Below, piece by piece: positions 1 through 9,054 of a stretch of 64,000 bases of DNA. The notes under the pieces were generated by a model. That model was not told where the DNA came from. It saw only the letters and a list, made by a program, of their open reading frames with translations, and did no database searches. Both the position numbers and the translations under genes were made by a program. The stretch lies in contig CALSNJ010000002.1 of the NCBI GenBank assembly GCA_943787745.1, positions 1,048,668 through 1,112,667 of the forward strand, written 5' to 3'. The stretch's first letter is position 1; each line of letters opens with the position of its first letter. This stretch comes from an uncultured Alphaproteobacteria bacterium (GTDB lineage Bacteria > Pseudomonadota > Alphaproteobacteria > UBA6615).

Positions 1-1405
1 GCTCGAAGCATTGTCGAAAACGTCCAATCCCGACACCGCCTTCCGAAAATTTGATGATTTCCTTTCTGGCTTGCCGGCTGGCGTTCAGCTTTTCTCGCTT
101 TTCCAAGCCAATCCGCCGCTTTTAACACTGATGGCAGAAATTGTCGGCGGCGCGCCGCGGCTGGCCGAGTGGTTGGGCCGGAACCCTTTGTTGCTCGACG
201 GCGTCTTGGAACAGGATTTCTTTGACGACCTCCCCGATGCCCAGGCAATGAAACGCGACCTCGCTGACCGTCTCGCCCGCGCACGCGACATGCAGGATGT
301 CCTCGATATCGCCCGCCGTTGGGCAAACGATGCAAAGTTTCAAGTGGGAGTACAGATTCTTCGTGACACTTGTGACATTGACCGAGCCGATCTCGCATTT
401 TCTGACATCGCCGACACTGTCATACGCGGATTGCTCCCCCCGATAGAAGAAGAGTTCACCGCACTTCACGGGCGTTGCCCGGGCGACGGATTCGCCGTCC
501 TGGCATTGGGCAAACTTGGCGGACGAGAACTATCGGCGACATCCGACCTCGACTTGGTGTTTCTCTATGACACACCACCCGATGGTGGTGACGACATCAT
601 CATGTCAGATGGTCCCAAACCACTCTCGATTTCGCACTACTATCAGCGCCTCGGACAAAGGTTGGTCAACGCCATCACCTCCCTCACGGGGGAGGGGAAA
701 CTGTACGAAGTCGATATGCGCCTGCGACCTTCGGGAAATGCAGGACCCCTGTCTGTGAGCCTAGAGAGCTTCTCGATCTACCAACGAGAAAGCGCATGGA
801 CCTGGGAGCACCTCGCGCTGACGCGCGCAAGGGTCGTCAGTAGCGCCGAAGACTTCAGCAATCGCATTCAGGCTGCGATTGCAAACGCACTTGCCACGCA
901 ACGTTCACCAAAAGACCTTCTGGTCTCCGTTTCGGAAATGCGGGAGCGCATGGCCAAGGAGAACGGAACAGAGAACCCCTGGAACGTAAAACATGTTCGC
1001 GGCGGATTGGTCGACTGCGAATTCATTGCGCAGTACCTGCAACTGCAGCATGCCCACGAACATCCCGACATCCTTGACACCGGCACGGTCAGTGCATTCC
1101 GCAATCTCTCCTCGGCCGGGTTGGTGCCACAAAACACAGCCGACCAACTGATCGAAGCCACGCGCCTCTGGCGGCGTCTGCAAGGCTTACTGCGTCTAAC
1201 AATGGATGGTCCGGCAAATCCGGAGAATTTCCCACCCCCTCTCAAGCAACTACTTGCAGAGGCCGGACAAAAAGATAGTTTCGAAAATCTGGAATCCGAC
1301 ATTCAGAGGATCGCCGGAATTGCCTATGGCCATTTCCAGAACATCATCGAAACTCCGGCAGCCACAATCCGGGCCGCCAACAAAACCGAACCGAAAAAGG
1401 ACTGA
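1..1405 (+). CDS. glnE: Glutamine synthetase adenylyltransferase GlnE, C-terminal half. The gene is truncated at the 5' end by the window edge.
   Basis: Nucleotidyltransferase motif LALGKLGGRELSATSDLDLVFLYD and GlnE-like flanking regions. The reading frame is open to position 1. Stop codon TGA at 1403-1405. Confidence 0.8.
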   Translation, partial: LEALSKTSNPDTAFRKFDDFLSGLPAGVQLFSLFQANPPLLTLMAEIVGGAPRLAEWLGRNPLLLDGVLEQDFFDDLPDAQAMKRDLADRLARARDMQDVLDIARRWANDAKFQVGVQILRDTCDIDRADLAFSDIADTVIRGLLPPIEEEFTALHGRCPGDGFAVLALGKLGGRELSATSDLDLVFLYDTPPDGGDDIIMSDGPKPLSISHYYQRLGQRLVNAITSLTGEGKLYEVDMRLRPSGNAGPLSVSLESFSIYQRESAWTWEHLALTRARVVSSAEDFSNRIQAAIANALATQRSPKDLLVSVSEMRERMAKENGTENPWNVKHVRGGLVDCEFIAQYLQLQHAHEHPDILDTGTVSAFRNLSSAGLVPQNTADQLIEATRLWRRLQGLLRLTMDGPANPENFPPPLKQLLAEAGQKDSFENLESDIQRIAGIAYGHFQNIIETPAATIRAANKTEPKKD

Positions 1406-1409
1406 ATTC

Positions 1410-1874
1410 ATGAACGTAAACGAAGGCGACAAGGCACCCGAATTTACGATGCCCACCGATGGTGGCGGCTCGGTGAGCCTCAAGGACATGAAGGGAAAGG
1501 CAGTCGTTCTTTACTTCTATCCGAAAGATTCAACACCAGGCTGCACCAAGGAAGCTTGCGGGTTTCGGGACCTAATGCCGGACTTCTCCAAAGTCGATGC
1601 TGAAATCATCGGGGTCTCCAGGGACAGCGTCAAACGCCACGACAACTTCAAGGCCAAATACGAACTGCCGTTCCTGCTGGCCAGCGATGAAGACGGAAAG
1701 GTCTGCGAGAGCTACGGCGTGTGGGTCGAAAAATCCATGTATGGCAAAAAGTTCATGGGGATCGAGCGCGCCACCTTCCTGATTGATGGCAAAGGCAAGG
1801 TTCAAAAAGTCTGGCGCAAGGTGAAGGTCGCCGGTCATGTGGAAGACGTACTCGAAGCTGTTAAGGCACTTTGA
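1410..1874 (+). CDS. bcp: Thioredoxin-dependent peroxiredoxin Bcp
   Basis: 154 aa with the motif YFYPKDSTPGCTKEAC. ATG at 1410, 5 nt after the glnE stop. The tool ORF start at 1206 is an upstream in-frame extension. Confidence 0.85.
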   Translation: MNVNEGDKAPEFTMPTDGGGSVSLKDMKGKAVVLYFYPKDSTPGCTKEACGFRDLMPDFSKVDAEIIGVSRDSVKRHDNFKAKYELPFLLASDEDGKVCESYGVWVEKSMYGKKFMGIERATFLIDGKGKVQKVWRKVKVAGHVEDVLEAVKAL

Positions 1875-2686
1875 GCACACCTCCCGTGAACCTCGCGGAA
1901 GCCGCGAGGGACGTCATTCTCACACCTGATCCCTATGAAAAGTGCCGTCAATCGCGGCACATGGCGATGCTTTGGCAATCCGGGCAAATTACGACAGTCG
2001 GCATCGCGAAAGCCCCTGATCGACCCGGTCGTCCGGAGCGTCCAGTCCTGCTTGACCCGTCCGATGTACCGCGCCGCAAGATCAATCGCGGCACTTTGGG
2101 GCGCATCGCACTTCTGCATGCGCTTTCACATATCGAACTCAACGCTGTCGATCTTGCATGGGATATTATTGTTCGATTCTCGGGCGCTGAATTGCCGACA
2201 GAATTCTTCGATGACTGGGTCCGCGTGGCCGATGAGGAAGCGCGTCATTTTACGTTGCTCACCAACAGGCTGAGGGATTTTGAAGCCGCTTATGGAGACC
2301 TGCCCGCCCATGACGGATTGTGGGATGCTGCTCTGGAGACCCAACACAGTCTGACCGCACGACTGGCCATTGTGCCTCTTGTCCTCGAAGCACGTGGGCT
2401 GGATGTCACGCCGATGATGATCGGCAAATTGCGCGACGTGGATGACCCCATATCTGCCGAAATACTCGAAACAATCTATGCCGACGAAATCGGTCACGTG
2501 CGGATCGGCAAGCGCTGGTACGCCTTCGAATGTGAACGTCAGGGCAAAGAGCCTGAAACTCTATGGCGTGAGCTGGTAACCAAACACTTTCGCGGCGACC
2601 TGAAGCCTCCGTTCAACATTGACGCGCGCGATCAGGCCGGCCTTCCGGAAGGCTGGTACACCAACATTTCAGGAACCGGATCGTGA
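1871..2686 (+). CDS. Ferritin-like DUF455 family protein
   Basis: 271-aa ORF. TTG start overlaps the bcp stop (TTGA). Resembles the conserved alphaproteobacterial DUF455 family (HIELNAVDLAWD, EARHF). Confidence 0.55.
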   Translation: MSTPPVNLAEAARDVILTPDPYEKCRQSRHMAMLWQSGQITTVGIAKAPDRPGRPERPVLLDPSDVPRRKINRGTLGRIALLHALSHIELNAVDLAWDIIVRFSGAELPTEFFDDWVRVADEEARHFTLLTNRLRDFEAAYGDLPAHDGLWDAALETQHSLTARLAIVPLVLEARGLDVTPMMIGKLRDVDDPISAEILETIYADEIGHVRIGKRWYAFECERQGKEPETLWRELVTKHFRGDLKPPFNIDARDQAGLPEGWYTNISGTGS

Positions 2687-3597
2687 GCGAGACAAACCCC
2701 ACGCCCGGCGTGGACAATCGCGAACGTCAGATCGCTGTCATTCTTCTTTTCATCATTCCCGTTTTGTTCAGCACCAACATCATCACCGCGCGTGCGGTAA
2801 ACGATTTCATCCCCCCTTTTGCACTCGCCTTCTGGCGCTGGTGGTTGGCCTTTCTTCTTTTTCTTCCCCTTATCGCCCCGGATCTCATTCGCTACAGACG
2901 CGAGATTCTGGGGGAATGGAGAGACTTGCTCGTGCTGGGTATTCTCGGCATGGGGATATGCGGCGCGTTCGTCTACATCGGTGCCGACACCACATCGGCC
3001 ACGAATATCGGCCTGATTTATGCAACCGCCCCAATCATCATCGCGGGCGCAGCGACATTGCTCTATCGCGAACCCCTCGGTCGCGCCAAGGCAACGGGCA
3101 TCCTGATCTCGCTTTGTGGTGTCCTTGTGATCGTGTTTCGGGGAGACATCCACGCTCTGCGAACACTTTCGCTCGTGCCCGGTGACCTCTGGATCATGAC
3201 GTCAGCCATCGCGTGGGCCGTGTATTCCGTCATGCTTCGCTACCGGCCCAGCAGGCTTCCCGGCCGCGTAAGATTTGCCGCCACCATGCTCTATGGCGCG
3301 ATTGCGCTGCTGCCGTTTCACATTGTCGAACTGACCAACGGAGAGATTCCTCAACTCAATCCCGAGACAATCGGTGCTGTGCTGATTGTGGCTATTGTGC
3401 CCGGGCTGGGTGCATATCTTGGCTACGCGCGCATTCAGCGAGCACTGGGAGCAAGCCCGACGGCACTTATTCTGTATCTCGCGCCCGTGTACACGGCCCT
3501 GATGGCCTGGATACTGCTCGGCGAGGACCTCCGCCTCTACCATCTGCTGGGTGCGGCACTTATTCTTCCGGGAATTTTCCTCTCAACGCGACGCTGA
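2683..3597 (+). CDS. DMT-superfamily (EamA-like) permease
   Basis: 304 aa with ten predicted transmembrane helices and two EamA-like halves. GTG start overlaps the upstream stop codon. Confidence 0.75.
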   Translation: MSETNPTPGVDNRERQIAVILLFIIPVLFSTNIITARAVNDFIPPFALAFWRWWLAFLLFLPLIAPDLIRYRREILGEWRDLLVLGILGMGICGAFVYIGADTTSATNIGLIYATAPIIIAGAATLLYREPLGRAKATGILISLCGVLVIVFRGDIHALRTLSLVPGDLWIMTSAIAWAVYSVMLRYRPSRLPGRVRFAATMLYGAIALLPFHIVELTNGEIPQLNPETIGAVLIVAIVPGLGAYLGYARIQRALGASPTALILYLAPVYTALMAWILLGEDLRLYHLLGAALILPGIFLSTRR

Positions 3598-3632
3598 CTG
3601 CGGGCCAACACCGAAGTGGCCCGTCAACCCAC

Positions 3633-4779
3633 CTAGGCGCCCGCCTCAGGCACCGCACTCTCGTCTGCGGCTTCGACATCGCGCCCCAGTGCAGACGCCA
3701 GAGAGGCTTCCAGGAAGCGATCCAGATCGCCGTCAAGCACGGCTTGGGCGTTTCCGGTTTCAACGCTCGTCCGCATGTCTTTCACCATCTGATAGGGATG
3801 CAAGACGTAGGAACGAATTTGGTGCCCCCAACCGATATCAGTTTTGGAATCCTGCTCCGCCTGCGCCTCTTCCTCACGTTTCTGCAATTCATGCTCGTAC
3901 AAACGAGCCCGCATCATCGCCATGGCCTGCGCGCGATTGCGGTGCTGCGAGCGGTCGTTCTGACACTGCACGACAATGCCTGTTGCGATATGCGTCAACC
4001 GAACGGCGCTGTCAGTCTTGTTCACATGCTGCCCACCAGCGCCCGAGGCTCGATAGGTATCAACGCGCAAATCCTTGTCTTCGATCTCGATATCAATTTC
4101 ATCATCAATTACGGGGTAGACCCACACGGATGCAAAACTGGTGTGGCGCCGCGATTGGCTGTCATAGGGGGAAATACGAACGAGGCGGTGAACACCCGAC
4201 TCCGTCTTCATCCATCCATAGGCATTAGGCCCCACCACTTTGAAGGTTGCGGATTTCAGACCAGCTTCCTCGCCCGCGCTCTCCTCAATCCACTCCACTT
4301 TGTAATCATGGCTTTCTGACCAGCGCAGATACATCCGAACGAGCATCTCGGCCCAATCCTGGGATTCGGTTCCACCAGCACCCGCGTTGATTTCGATGTA
4401 ACAATCGTTTCCATCAACCTCACCCGAAAGCAGGCTTTCCAGCTCCAGCTTTTCGGCCCGGCGCTGCAGACCCGCAATCGTGGCTTCACCTTCCGACACC
4501 ACATCCTGGTCGCTCTCGGCCTCCCCGAGTTCAATCAAGGTCGCAGCGTCCTCAAGCTCCTGCTCAAGATTTCGCACCTGCTCGATGGATTTCTCCAGCC
4601 GCGTGCGATCCCGAAGAATTTTCTGCGCACGCTCCTGATTCTCCCAAAGAGCGGGGTCTTCTGCCTCGGCGTTTAGCTGATCGAGACGTTCAAGGGCAGT
4701 CGGCCAGTCAAAGATGCCTCCGCATAAGGCTAAGCGAAGATTCTATGGCATTGATCTGTTGGGTGACTTCCGCACGCAT
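3633..4779 (-). CDS. prfB: Peptide chain release factor 2. Expressed through a programmed +1 ribosomal frameshift: codons 1-23 at 4779..4711, the T at 4710 is skipped, then 4709..3633.
   Basis: RF2 motifs SPYDS, GGQHVNKTDSAVR and DIGWG. The upstream frame reads MRAEVTQQINAIESSLSLMRRHL-TGA, and the shift joins it to DWPTALERLDQ... An SD-like GGAGG sits 3 nt before CTT TGA C. Confidence 0.9.
4708..4721 (-). promoter_or_regulatory. prfB: prfB autoregulatory +1 frameshift site (GGAGG-cat-CTT-TGA-C)
   Basis: Read directly on the minus strand: GGAGGCATCTTTGAC. This is the canonical RF2 frameshift cassette: an internal SD, a slippery CUU and an in-frame UGA. Confidence 0.85.
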
Positions 4780-4860
4780 GATTCTGTCCGTTGGCCAGGT
4801 GGCGATATTAGGGTTGTATCAGGGAAACTAACGCAGCGAATTTACCGGTCAAGAACCCAA

Positions 4861-7305
4861 TCAGTAGATACCACGACGCGTTCCGCGGCCACGACTGCGG
4901 GAGGCGGGCGTTCCGTCACCCAAAGTCGGCGCAAGTCGCCCTTCCTCTGGTTCTGGTGCGCTTGTTCCTGTCTTAAACGCCTCCAGAATACTCGCCCGGT
5001 CTCCCGGTTGAGAAACGTAACCGGTATCGGCATTCACACGCACAAGCTGTATTCCGGACGGCACGCGGAACGGCTCAATGGTCTGGTTCGCAAACGCCTG
5101 TGCCATAAAGTCTTTGAAAATCGGCGCAGGAACAGATGAACCGGTTTCTCGCTTCCCCATCGTCCGGGGCTCATCAAATCCAACAAACACACCAACTGCC
5201 AGATCGGGAGCAAAACCGACAAACCACGTGTCGAGCGATTCATTGGTGGTGCCGGTTTTGCCGCCCAGCGGCAAGCCCAGTTGTCCAATGCGACGTCCGG
5301 TTCCGCGTTGTACAACCCCGCTCAGCATCGACACCATCTGGTAAGCCGTGGCCGGGTTGATCACTTGCTCCCGCAAGTCTTCGAGTTGCGGTGGAGCCTG
5401 ATCCGCCCAGAAACCCTGAACGCAATCCTCACAGGCCCGGGCGTCATGGCGAAAAATCGTTGCGCCCGAGCGATCCTGAATGCGGTCAATAAGCGAAGGC
5501 GTAATCTTCTTGCCACCGTTTACGATCATCGCATAGGCCGCTGTCATGCGCATAAGGGTCGTCTCCCCGGCACCAATCGACATACTGAGATGACGCGGCA
5601 TCGTTTCGACAACGCCCAGACGTTCGGCCTGGCTCGCAACGGCCTCCATGCCAATTGTCTGGGCCAGCCGGACCGTCATCAAATTGCGCGACTTTTCGAT
5701 CCCCAGCCGCATCGGGCTCGGCCCATAGAATTTCTTTGTGTAGTTCGCAGGCTTCCATTTCCCCTGACCCGCACCCTGATCAATGACGAAGGGGGCATCG
5801 AGGATCTGTGTCGACGGCGTAAACCCGTTATCAAGTCCGGCCATATAGACGATCGGCTTGAAAGCCGAACCCGGCTGGCGCCAGGCCTGGGTCGCTCGGT
5901 TGAACTCGCTCTCTGCAAAGTCGAGTCCGCCCGTCATCGCCAGAACGCGACCGGTGTGCGGGTCCATCGCAACGATCGACCCGTTTATGTCGGGCACCTG
6001 TTCAAGGCGATAGGTGTCCTCAGGATAAGGTTTCCCGTCTGAGTCCTCGGCCTTGCGCGAAACCAGCACCACATCGCCGACCGAAAGAACGGCATCCACA
6101 GACTTGATTTGAGGGCCACGATTCTGGTCTTCACGCCACTCCCGGGCCCATTTCAATTCATCGAGCGGAATGCTGCCGGTGGCCTCGTCCTCAAATCCAA
6201 GATTGGCCTGCTTAGCGGAAACCTCAAGGACGGCCGCAAGCTGCCAGTCGCCCGCCCCCGGCGGCACCGCCACATCGGGCAGCTGTTCCTGCCATGGACG
6301 CTTGGAGTCCAATGTTGAAACGGGTCCGCGCCACCCATGACGACGGTCATAGGCAACCAGTCCCTCACGGAGAGCCGATTGCGCGATACGCTGCAAACGA
6401 GGATTGAGCGTCGTGCGGACCGAAAGGCCGCCTTTGTAGAGCCCATCTTCACCAACCCGGTCGACGAGTTCCCGTCGCACGTCTTCTGCGAAGTAGGGAG
6501 CCTTCACGACGGCGCCCACATCTGTGCGCGCGACCCGAATGGGTTCTTTGCTCAGTTCTTCAGCTTCCTCAACCGCGACAACGCCATCTTCGGCCATCCG
6601 GCCCAACACATAGTTGCGGCGTGCCACAGCCGCAGCCTGATTTCTGACCGGATTGTAGTTGTTGGGTGCCTTGGGTAACGCCGCCAGAAAAGCGGCCTCA
6701 TCGGCCGTGATCTGGCTCAGTGGTTTGCCGAAATAATTCAAACTTGCCGAGGCAACGCCATAGGCCCCGAAACCGAGATAGATTTCGTTCAGATAGAGCT
6801 CAAGGATCTGATCCTTTGAGAATGCGCGCTCGATCCGGAACGAAATAATCGCCTCACGAATCTTCCGTTCAATCGAAACGTCCTTGGTCAGCAGAAAATT
6901 CTGCGCCACCTGCTGGGTGATGGTCGAAGCCCCTTCGGGCCGACGTCCTGTACCGAGGTTTTTAACGTTCGTGACCATGGCCCGCGCTATGCCCATCGGG
7001 TCAATGCCGGGGTGAGTATAAAAATTCTTGTCCTCAGCCGAGAGGAACGCGTCTCGCACGAGATTGGGTATGGTGGATATCGGAACAAACACACGACGCT
7101 GCACGGCATACTCGGCGAGCAGACTGCCATCCCCCGCATGCACGCGTGTGGTGATCGGCGGCGCATAGTTTCCCAGCTGGGTGTAGTCCGGCAAATCCTG
7201 ACCGTACTTCCAGAACAGCCAGAAGGCCCCTCCCACGGCCAACAGACCGCAGAACAGAAAGAACCCTGTCAGATATCCAAGAAGACGCAACATACCCGTT
7301 TCCAA
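4861..7305 (-). CDS. mrcA: Class A penicillin-binding protein 1A (transglycosylase/transpeptidase)
   Basis: 814 aa with an N-terminal TM helix. GT51 motifs: EDKNFYTHPGIDP, RRPEGASTITQQ. Transpeptidase motifs: SAFKP, KTGTT. Confidence 0.9.
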   Translation of the reverse strand: METGMLRLLGYLTGFFLFCGLLAVGGAFWLFWKYGQDLPDYTQLGNYAPPITTRVHAGDGSLLAEYAVQRRVFVPISTIPNLVRDAFLSAEDKNFYTHPGIDPMGIARAMVTNVKNLGTGRRPEGASTITQQVAQNFLLTKDVSIERKIREAIISFRIERAFSKDQILELYLNEIYLGFGAYGVASASLNYFGKPLSQITADEAAFLAALPKAPNNYNPVRNQAAAVARRNYVLGRMAEDGVVAVEEAEELSKEPIRVARTDVGAVVKAPYFAEDVRRELVDRVGEDGLYKGGLSVRTTLNPRLQRIAQSALREGLVAYDRRHGWRGPVSTLDSKRPWQEQLPDVAVPPGAGDWQLAAVLEVSAKQANLGFEDEATGSIPLDELKWAREWREDQNRGPQIKSVDAVLSVGDVVLVSRKAEDSDGKPYPEDTYRLEQVPDINGSIVAMDPHTGRVLAMTGGLDFAESEFNRATQAWRQPGSAFKPIVYMAGLDNGFTPSTQILDAPFVIDQGAGQGKWKPANYTKKFYGPSPMRLGIEKSRNLMTVRLAQTIGMEAVASQAERLGVVETMPRHLSMSIGAGETTLMRMTAAYAMIVNGGKKITPSLIDRIQDRSGATIFRHDARACEDCVQGFWADQAPPQLEDLREQVINPATAYQMVSMLSGVVQRGTGRRIGQLGLPLGGKTGTTNESLDTWFVGFAPDLAVGVFVGFDEPRTMGKRETGSSVPAPIFKDFMAQAFANQTIEPFRVPSGIQLVRVNADTGYVSQPGDRASILEAFKTGTSAPEPEEGRLAPTLGDGTPASRSRGRGTRRGIY

Positions 7306-7405
7306 TAAAATTCGCGGCGCGCAGCATACCCGAGCCGACCCTCGTGATAACCCTCAAATATGCACCGATTGTGGCAAGCAGATGTTGCCCGATACCGCGC
7401 AGGCG

Positions 7406-8641
7406 TCAAAGACGCGCGTTCTGGGTTTCCTTGAAATATGCACCAACAGCCCGGACGATCGCTGCAGACATCTTTTCACGGTGGGCTTTGGACATCAAAA
7501 GTCGCTCTTCGGCAGGATTCGATATATATCCCAGCTCCAGAAGCACAGAAGGCACGTCGGGCGCCTTGAGGACCGCAAACCCGGCAGAACGCCAGGGACG
7601 CCCCAAGAGACGCGCACGCTGTCCGATCTCGCCAACAAGGTTCCCCCGGGCAAACTTTACTGACAACTCGTTGGTCTTGGCCTGCGCAAAATCGATCAGG
7701 ATATTTTGCACATCGTCGCTGTAACCATCCAGATCGACACCACCAATCACATCAGACTTGTTTTCAAGCGCTGCGAGAGCGGCGGCTTCCTTGTCCGAAG
7801 CCCTGGTGGACAGGGTGTAAACAGAAAACCCCTTGGTCGCGCGCTTGGGATGGGTATTGGCATGCAGCGACAGGAACAGATCTGCACCTGCAGCTCGTGC
7901 AATCCGAACACGCTCCCGCAATGGCAGAAAGATGTCCCGGTCGCGGGTCATTACCACCTTGTAAAGCCCCGTCGCGCGCAGCCGCTTGGCAACATCACGC
8001 GAATAATCGAGTGCAATTTTCTTTTCATAAACACCGGAAACGCCGATGGCACCGGGATCGACCCCACCATGACCGGCGTCAATAACGACCACAGGTTTCT
8101 CGTTGGGTGGGCGTGACAGCGGTGGAGGGGGTTTGGAAGCCACGCGCGGCGCCGTGTCCGGCTTTGGCCGCATCGATGCAATGAAGTCAGCACGTGTTGT
8201 TGGTTGGATATCAAGAACCAAGCGCCAGGGCTTGCCACCCTCAGGGCGCAACAGGAATTGCTTGGCAACCTTTGCCGGGGTCGTGAGATCAAGCACAAAC
8301 CGGCTTGTTCCCGGCCGGAAAAGCCCGTAGCGGAGCTTGCTGATCAACCCCGCGCCATCACCAATACGCTCTTCAGACAGCGAAAAATTGACCTCAGGCA
8401 GGTCAATAACCACCCGAAACGGGTCGGGAAGCCCAAACACACGCGGTTCAACCTTATCGCTCAGGTCAACCACAAAGCGTGTGGCGCCGTCGTGGACCCC
8501 AATTCTGATATCTCTGACCTCCAAACCAGCAGCAGCCACAGACCCGGCAGTTCCAACCAACATCACGCAGGTCAGGACAGCAGCCAAAGTCACGCGCGAA
8601 TGCGGCAAATAGGCCAAGATTTGTTTCAGAATCAAAGACAT
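7406..8641 (-). CDS. amiC: N-acetylmuramoyl-L-alanine amidase (AmiC-like, with N-terminal AMIN domain)
   Basis: 411 aa with a signal peptide. Amidase_3 core (VVIDAGHGGVDPGA, LFLSLHAN). Sits immediately downstream of mrcA. Confidence 0.85.
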   Translation of the reverse strand: MSLILKQILAYLPHSRVTLAAVLTCVMLVGTAGSVAAAGLEVRDIRIGVHDGATRFVVDLSDKVEPRVFGLPDPFRVVIDLPEVNFSLSEERIGDGAGLISKLRYGLFRPGTSRFVLDLTTPAKVAKQFLLRPEGGKPWRLVLDIQPTTRADFIASMRPKPDTAPRVASKPPPPLSRPPNEKPVVVIDAGHGGVDPGAIGVSGVYEKKIALDYSRDVAKRLRATGLYKVVMTRDRDIFLPLRERVRIARAAGADLFLSLHANTHPKRATKGFSVYTLSTRASDKEAAALAALENKSDVIGGVDLDGYSDDVQNILIDFAQAKTNELSVKFARGNLVGEIGQRARLLGRPWRSAGFAVLKAPDVPSVLLELGYISNPAEERLLMSKAHREKMSAAIVRAVGAYFKETQNARL

Positions 8642-9054
8642 CGGTGAATCATATATCGTTACAATCCGATCCGCTGCAACTCACAATCGCATTGCTCTTT
8701 TTATAATCAATCCATTGTCGAAGCAGGTTGTGAAAGCTATGGTGGTGATGCGAACACCCGCGATTCAACGTCGCTGCGCGTGGTTTGCGACCAGAATGTG
8801 TGGCTCCCGAGAGTGTTTCCCGGCCGCCTCGGCATCAGGTTTCAACAGCGCGCAGAATTGAGTGGCGGTTTGTCCAACTTCGAAGCCACCGTGCCCTGGG
8901 CGACAGGTGTACGGGTATTCGGACAAAACCTGCCGTCCTGGTGCAAAACGCCCGTTCGACGGTTCAGGTTCCGATACAGGGTTCGTGCAATGCGGAACCA
9001 CCCACACCCATTGTTCGCGGGGTGTGGCAACTGGATTTCCGTAAGGAAAATTTC
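8642..9054 (+). promoter_or_regulatory. Long rne 5' leader / divergent amiC-rne promoter region
   Basis: ~410 nt of non-coding sequence before the SD (AAGGAA) and ATG at 9055. The tool ORF at 8785 is an in-frame upstream extension without homology. RNase E genes are known to have long autoregulatory leaders. Confidence 0.5.

Noticed and set aside
3213-4319. 368-aa +-strand ORF (and 3551-4228)
   Set aside because: Entirely antisense to prfB, which has unmistakable RF2 motifs. High-GC genomes routinely produce long stop-free antisense frames, and this one has no recognisable domain.
5281-6042. 253-aa +-strand ORF
   Set aside because: Antisense to mrcA (PBP1A). Composition is Arg/His-rich and typical of spurious high-GC ORFs.
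8785-9054. Tool-predicted N-terminal 90-aa extension of RNase E
   Set aside because: There is no homology and no SD, whereas ATG 9055 has an AAGGAA SD and begins the conserved MPKRMLID RNase E N-terminus. The extension is open leader sequence.
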